A stretch of DNA of 64,000 bases from an uncultured Gammaproteobacteria bacterium. Lineage in GTDB: Bacteria > Pseudomonadota > Gammaproteobacteria > Natronospirales > JAJUFS01. The stretch is from contig CAZRFE010000001.1 in assembly GCA_964599565.1 (NCBI GenBank), forward strand, positions 53,335-117,334. Reading direction: 5' to 3'. This document shows positions 59,055 to 64,000 of the stretch, one piece after another. How positions within the stretch are numbered: position 1 is the stretch's first letter; each line of letters opens with the position of its first letter. The translations under genes were made by a program, and so were the position numbers. Below the pieces are notes generated by a model that had not been told where the DNA came from, made no database searches, and saw only the letters and a program-made list of their open reading frames with translations.

Positions 59055-60010
59055 TGAACGGCGGCGACATGGCCATTCGCGCGCGCGGACTCACGCGCCG
59101 CTTCGGCAAGCTGCTCGCGGTGGATCACGTCGATCTCGACATTCCGCGTGCACGCATCTACGGCTTTCTCGGCCCGAACGGCTCGGGCAAGTCCACGACC
59201 ATCCGCATGCTCTGCGGACTGCTGAAACCGAGCGACGGCGAAGCGGAAGTGCTCGGGTTCCGCGTGCCGCGCGATGCCGAATCGGTGCGGCGTCACATCG
59301 GTTACATGACGCAGAAATTCTCGCTGTACGAAGACCTGACCACGCAGGAGAACCTTGAATTTCTCGCCGACGTGTACGCGCTGCCGCGCCGCGAACGGCG
59401 CGCGCGCATCGAAAACGCGCTGAAGGAATACACGCTCATCGAGCAGCGCCACCAGCGGGCAGGCACGATGAGCGGCGGGCAGAAGCAGCGTCTTGCGCTC
59501 GCGGCAGCGACACTGCACGAGCCGCAGCTTCTCATTCTCGATGAACCGACCAGCGCGGTGGACCCGCAGAGCCGGCGCGACTTCTGGGACAACCTGTTCG
59601 AACTCGTCGGGCGCGGCACGACGATACTTGTCTCCACGCATTACATGGATGAAGCCGAGCGCTGCCACGATCTCGCGATCCTGGATCGCGGCCGGCTGGT
59701 CGCCAACGGCACGCCGCAGCAGCTGATGCGCGACATCGATGCGCAGGTGCTCGAGATCGACGCGAAGGATGCACTCGCTGCGCGCCGGCTGCTGAGCGCG
59801 CGCGACGGCGTACGCAGCGTCGCGCAGCTGGGCACGCGCCTGCACGCATTGATCGCGCGCGACATGCCGGACGCTGCCGCGAACGTGCGCAGCCTGCTCT
59901 GCGACGCCGGCATCAAGGCGGATGTCGAGCGCGTCAGCGCGAATCTCGAGGACGTGTTCGTTGCGGCGACGCGGCTTCGGCAACACGAAACGGACAACGC
60001 ACATGCGTGA
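59051..60010 (+). CDS. ABC transporter ATP-binding protein (single NBD)
   Basis: Walker A GPNGSGKST, signature MSGGQKQRL and Walker B LLILDEPT. Confidence 0.92.
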   Translation: MMNGGDMAIRARGLTRRFGKLLAVDHVDLDIPRARIYGFLGPNGSGKSTTIRMLCGLLKPSDGEAEVLGFRVPRDAESVRRHIGYMTQKFSLYEDLTTQENLEFLADVYALPRRERRARIENALKEYTLIEQRHQRAGTMSGGQKQRLALAAATLHEPQLLILDEPTSAVDPQSRRDFWDNLFELVGRGTTILVSTHYMDEAERCHDLAILDRGRLVANGTPQQLMRDIDAQVLEIDAKDALAARRLLSARDGVRSVAQLGTRLHALIARDMPDAAANVRSLLCDAGIKADVERVSANLEDVFVAATRLRQHETDNAHA

Positions 60011-61094
60011 ACGGCTGACGCGTCTTGCCGCCATCGCGCGCAAGGAAGTGAAGCAGCTCGCGCGCGATCGCCTGACGTTCGGCATGATCATCGGCGTGCC
60101 GCTGCTGCAGATCGTGCTGTTCGGTTACGCCATCGATCTCGATGTGCGCCACCTGCGTGCAGCGGTTGCGGATCATGCAGGTACAAGCGCATCGCGCGAA
60201 CTGGTGCGTTCCGCCGAGGCGAGCCAGATCGTGGACATCATCGCCGCGGTGAGCGGACCGCAGGCGCTGGAGCGCGGGCTGGATGCGGGGGATTTCGATG
60301 TCGGCATCTACATCCCGCCGGACTTCGAGCGCCGCCTGCAGGACGGACGGCCGGCAGCGCAGCTCCTGATCAACGGCAGCGATCCGACCATCGAAGGCAT
60401 CGCGCGCCGGCTCGCGGAACTGCCGCGCCCGTACGCGAAGGCGTCGCCGGCCGATGCGCTGTTCGAGACGCGCACCTTCTACAACCCCGAGCGCCGCTCG
60501 CAGGTACAGATCACGCCGGGCCTCATCGGCGTGATCCTCAATCTCACCATGGTGCTGTTCACCGCCATTGCCATCGTGCGCGAACGCGAACGCGGCAACC
60601 TCGAACTGCTGATCACCACGCCCGTGCGCACCGCGGAGCTGATGCTCGGCAAGATTGTTCCGTATGTCGTCATCGGCCTGCTGCAGGTCAGCATCATTCT
60701 CGTTGCCGGCACGCTGCTGTTCGATGTGCCGTTGCGCGGCTCGCTCCTCGAACTCTATCTCGCCGCATCCTTGTTCATCGTCGCCACGCTTGCGCTTGGC
60801 CTCACCATTTCAACGCTGGCGCGCACGCAGTTCCAGGCCACGCAGCTCACCGTCTTCACCTTCCTGCCATCCATCCTGCTCTCGGGCTTCATGTTCCCGT
60901 TCGACGGCATGCCGCGTGCCGCGCAATGGATCGGCGAAGTCATTCCGCTGACGCATTTCATCCGCCTTGCGCGCGGCATCGTGATCCGCGGCGCGGATCT
61001 CGCCAGCATGGCCTCGGAAGTCGCAGCGCTCGCCGCCTTCGCCGCGTTCATGCTCGTCCTTGCCGCATCCCGTTTCCGGAAACGCCTCGACTGA
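60003..61094 (+). CDS. ABC-2 type transporter permease
   Basis: Start MRERLTRLAAIARKEVKQLARDRLTF overlaps the ATPase stop. Large periplasmic loop followed by about 5 C-terminal TM helices (YbhR/YbhS-like). Confidence 0.88.
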   Translation: MRERLTRLAAIARKEVKQLARDRLTFGMIIGVPLLQIVLFGYAIDLDVRHLRAAVADHAGTSASRELVRSAEASQIVDIIAAVSGPQALERGLDAGDFDVGIYIPPDFERRLQDGRPAAQLLINGSDPTIEGIARRLAELPRPYAKASPADALFETRTFYNPERRSQVQITPGLIGVILNLTMVLFTAIAIVRERERGNLELLITTPVRTAELMLGKIVPYVVIGLLQVSIILVAGTLLFDVPLRGSLLELYLAASLFIVATLALGLTISTLARTQFQATQLTVFTFLPSILLSGFMFPFDGMPRAAQWIGEVIPLTHFIRLARGIVIRGADLASMASEVAALAAFAAFMLVLAASRFRKRLD

Positions 61095-61186
61095 CGTCCG
61101 TTCACCGTTTGCATTCCCGCTGCAAAACCTTTATCTAGGGCGATCGGTCCGGCCGGGCCACACCGCACCGGCAGAACAGGGCTTGC

Positions 61187-61774
61187 ATGGAAGACAACGG
61201 CGAAGATCGCAACAAGGCCGGAGTGACTCCGGAACTCGGACGCAAGATCCGGCTGCAGATGCTGCTGGAGGATCGCAAGCGCGCGAATGCCGTGCGCGCG
61301 AAGGTCAGCTCCGAGCTGCTTGCCGTGCTGCATTCCATGAAGGAGGCGATGCAGGACCTGCGCCGCACGCGGCCGGACCTCGAGGAAGAACTGCGCGGCC
61401 GCGGACTCATCTACAACGAACTCTACGCACGGCCCTACGACCGCATCTGCGAGATGCGCACGGAAATGCTGCAGCGGTTCACGCGCGTCTACAACGATCT
61501 CGAAACGCTGGCGCGCTCCGACGAGGACAACGACGACATCGCGCTGCGCGCGCTGCAGCCGCTGGTCGACGACCTGCTTGAAGTCCTGCACCTGATGATC
61601 GACGGCATGGCGACGGTGCGCGAGAACCGCACCGCCCTCGGCGCGGACCTGCTGCGCAACGGCGATGTCTACGAGAAGCTTTACAACACCGTCTTCGCGC
61701 GCATCAGCGTGGTGCGCGACGGCCTGCCCATACTCATGAACGCGGTCTTCGGGCGGCGCATCTTCCGGCGCTGA
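61187..61774 (+). CDS. hypothetical all-helical protein
   Basis: 195 aa, strong GC3 bias, charged and helical composition. No signal peptide and no recognisable motif. Confidence 0.6.
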   Translation: MEDNGEDRNKAGVTPELGRKIRLQMLLEDRKRANAVRAKVSSELLAVLHSMKEAMQDLRRTRPDLEEELRGRGLIYNELYARPYDRICEMRTEMLQRFTRVYNDLETLARSDEDNDDIALRALQPLVDDLLEVLHLMIDGMATVRENRTALGADLLRNGDVYEKLYNTVFARISVVRDGLPILMNAVFGRRIFRR

Positions 61775-61780
61775 AATCCA

Positions 61781-64000
61781 TCACTGCATGCGTACGCTCG
61801 GGCGGTGCGGCAGCGTCGCCGGGCGCCAGTCGCGCTTGACGAGCGCCGCGATCCTCGCCGCCGGGACCGGCCGGCTGAAATAGAAACCCTGCATCGACGT
61901 ACAGCCCTGCTCCAGCAGGAACTCCGCCTGTGCCGCACGCTCGACACCTTCTGCAACGATGTGCAGCTTGAGCGAACGGCCGAGCGCGATCACCGCCTCG
62001 GTCACGCGCGTATCGCCGTCCGCCTCCGCGATCGGCGCAATGAACGCGCGATCGATCTTCAGCGAATCGATCGGCAGGCGATGCAGGTACGCAAGCGATG
62101 AATAGCCCGTGCCGAAATCATCCACCGCAATGCGCACACCGTGCTGGCGCAGCCCGGCAAGCGTGCGCGCCGCGAAATGCACATCGCGCATCAGCAGCGA
62201 TTCCGTCAGCTCGAGAACGAGGCGCTCGCCATCCATGCGGTGATCGCGCAGCGCGCGGCGTACGTCGGTCGCCAGCACGCCGCTTTCGAGCTGGCGCGCC
62301 GAGACGTTGACGGCGACCTGCGGCAGCCGGAGACCGAGCGCGTCCCACTCGGTCATCTGCCGGCAGGCTTCCTGCAGCACCCAGGCGCCGATCGCATCGA
62401 TCATTCCCGTTTCTTCCGCAAGCAGCACGAAATGAAACGGCGCGAGCAGTCCGCGCAAGGGATGCTGCCAGCGCAGCAGCGCTTCGACGCCGATGATGCA
62501 TCCCTGCCTTGCATCGATGACGGGCTGGTAATACAGGCGGAACTCGTCGCGCTGCAAGGCGTGGCGCAATGACTCCTCGATCTGCTTGCGCTCGTTGAGC
62601 TGCCGGCTGATCTCCGGCGAGAAGATGCGGAAGCGCCGTCCGCCGTGCGCCTTCGCCTCGTACACGGCGGTGTCCGCGTGCATGTAAAGCTGCTCGCTGT
62701 TGTCCGCGTCATCGGGATACACGCTGATGCCGACCGTCGCGTCCACCGTTTCCTCGATGCCGCCGTGCAGGCGGTATGGCTGGCGCAGCGCGCTCAGCAG
62801 AAGCTGCGCCACGCCTTCCATGTTCTCGTGCGCATCATGCGCATGGAACAGCACCGCGAATTCATCGCCGCTGACGCGAAACACGTATTCCTGGCCTTGC
62901 AGCGCATCGCGCAGCCGCTGCCCGGCCTCGCGCAGCAGGTGATCGCCGGTCGACGGTCCGAGCCGGTCGTTGATGCTCTTGAAGTTGTCGAGGTCGATGA
63001 CCATGAGCACGAGCCGGCGCTCGTGCGCCGCCGCCTGGCGAATCTCGTGCTCCAGCACCTGCATGAACATCGCGCGGTTCGGAAGCTGCGTCGTGGCGTC
63101 GAAGTTGGCGAGCCGGTTCATGGTGCGTTCGGCTTCAAGCCGCTCGGTGATGTCGCGCATCACGGCGCGCGCGCCGCGAAAGCGTCCGGCTTCGTCGTGG
63201 ATGGCGCCGAGCGTGACCTCGCATGACGTCGTGCTGCCATCCCGGCACGCAACCTTGCACACGCGGTTGACCGGATGGTCGCCGCGCTGCGCGCCCGGCA
63301 GCGCGGCAAGTACGTCGTCCATGTCATCCATGTCGAGCAGCGCACCGAGCGCGAGCCCCGCTGCAACGTCGTTGTCCGTGTATCCGAGATGCGCCCGCGC
63401 GCGATGGTTGAGGTAATCCACGCGCCAGTTCTCGTTGCACTCCAGCACCATGTCGGGCAGCAGGCGGTTGAGATCGCGAAAGCGCTGCTCGGTCTGCCGC
63501 AGCGACACCTGCTTGTACGCCAGAAGGCCGGTGAGCAGCGCGGCCAGCAGTGCGACGCTGACGATCCCGAGTATTTGCTCGTGGAACTGCCCGGCGAAAT
63601 CCGCGACGCGCTCGATGCGCGGTGCGACCTGCAACTGCCAGCTGCGGTCATCGAAGCTCACGCTGGTGCGCGGCAGGTTCACAAACTGCGCGCCGATCTC
63701 GCCGGCGGCATACACCGGCCGCGCGCCGTCGGTTACGCGTATGGCATAGCGTTCGAGCAGGCCCGCACTCAGCAGTCCGCTGAACAGCGCATCGAGGCGA
63801 AACACGCCGTTGATGACGCCGCGGACTTCACCGTTCTCGCGCACCGCAAGATACGTGGTGACGCCGCGCCCGCCCTGGCGCAGTTCCAGCGGCGGCGTTG
63901 CCGCAACACCGGTGCCGTCGAGCCCGCGGCGAAACGCGGACACCGCATCGGGTACATCGAGCACGTCGAGATCCGCCGCCGCTTCGTTGCCTGCCATCGG
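61781..64000 (-). CDS. sensor PAS-GGDEF-EAL protein with periplasmic CHASE-like domain (N-terminus outside window)
   Basis: Frame is open to the window end. TM helix ILGIVSVALLAALLTGLLAY, then a PAS region. The GGDEF site reads SGDEF (RVSGDEFAVLF). EAL domain shows LVLELTES and DDFGTGYSSL. Confidence 0.88.
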   Translation of the reverse strand, partial: PMAGNEAAADLDVLDVPDAVSAFRRGLDGTGVAATPPLELRQGGRGVTTYLAVRENGEVRGVINGVFRLDALFSGLLSAGLLERYAIRVTDGARPVYAAGEIGAQFVNLPRTSVSFDDRSWQLQVAPRIERVADFAGQFHEQILGIVSVALLAALLTGLLAYKQVSLRQTEQRFRDLNRLLPDMVLECNENWRVDYLNHRARAHLGYTDNDVAAGLALGALLDMDDMDDVLAALPGAQRGDHPVNRVCKVACRDGSTTSCEVTLGAIHDEAGRFRGARAVMRDITERLEAERTMNRLANFDATTQLPNRAMFMQVLEHEIRQAAAHERRLVLMVIDLDNFKSINDRLGPSTGDHLLREAGQRLRDALQGQEYVFRVSGDEFAVLFHAHDAHENMEGVAQLLLSALRQPYRLHGGIEETVDATVGISVYPDDADNSEQLYMHADTAVYEAKAHGGRRFRIFSPEISRQLNERKQIEESLRHALQRDEFRLYYQPVIDARQGCIIGVEALLRWQHPLRGLLAPFHFVLLAEETGMIDAIGAWVLQEACRQMTEWDALGLRLPQVAVNVSARQLESGVLATDVRRALRDHRMDGERLVLELTESLLMRDVHFAARTLAGLRQHGVRIAVDDFGTGYSSLAYLHRLPIDSLKIDRAFIAPIAEADGDTRVTEAVIALGRSLKLHIVAEGVERAAQAEFLLEQGCTSMQGFYFSRPVPAARIAALVKRDWRPATLPHRPSVRMQ

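Overview
This is a high-GC proteobacterial chromosome segment, about two-thirds G+C by eye. All calls rest on reading the supplied six-frame translations and the DNA by eye; no BLAST, HMM or structure searches were run, and comparisons to reference proteins are from memory. The gene order looks gammaproteobacterial: a Pseudomonas-like backbone of FAD oxidoreductase, fimT-fimU-pilVWX-pilY1-pilE, lspA-ileS-ribF-murJ, rpsT, obg-rpmA-rplU and ispB, plus fabA-fabB. Most of the window is housekeeping: M17 aminopeptidase, pyrC, rnt, grxD, sodB, nadC, fadE, pdxH, beta-carbonic anhydrase, 5'-nucleotidase and an AddAB-type helicase-nuclease pair. There are two tRNAs, Thr-CGU on the minus strand and Pro-CGG on the plus strand, and many clean rho-independent terminators. 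I found no rRNA, CRISPR array, IS element, integrase or phage genes. Nine items are worth a second look. (1) A convergent pair of diverged paralogous small ORFs of unknown family lies at 17.2-17.8 kb, inside a small accessory-looking stretch that also holds a secreted DUF1028 protein and hipBA, on the 3' side of tRNA-Thr. (2) An orphan PLP histidine decarboxylase is translationally coupled to a tandem-ACT protein. (3) A four-gene operon encodes only lipoproteins: LPP20-like, LpoB-like, TPR-like and a long LPP20-domain protein. (4) There are two complete minor-pilin/PilY1 sets; the second lacks FimT/FimU and lies between ispB and tRNA-Pro. (5) An extra secreted ORF sits between pilX and pilY1 in the first set. 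(6) A predicted lipidated subclass-B1 metallo-beta-lactamase is encoded divergently from addBA. (7) An Irr-like Fur-family regulator has an HHH motif and no CxxC pairs. (8) Two copies of the palindrome TTAATTAA sit directly upstream of a TetR-HlyD-ABC-ABC2 efflux operon. (9) A 13-bp inverted repeat pair lies in the AT-rich hipBA promoter region. Many long ORFs in the track are antisense or shadow frames typical of high-GC DNA and were rejected.
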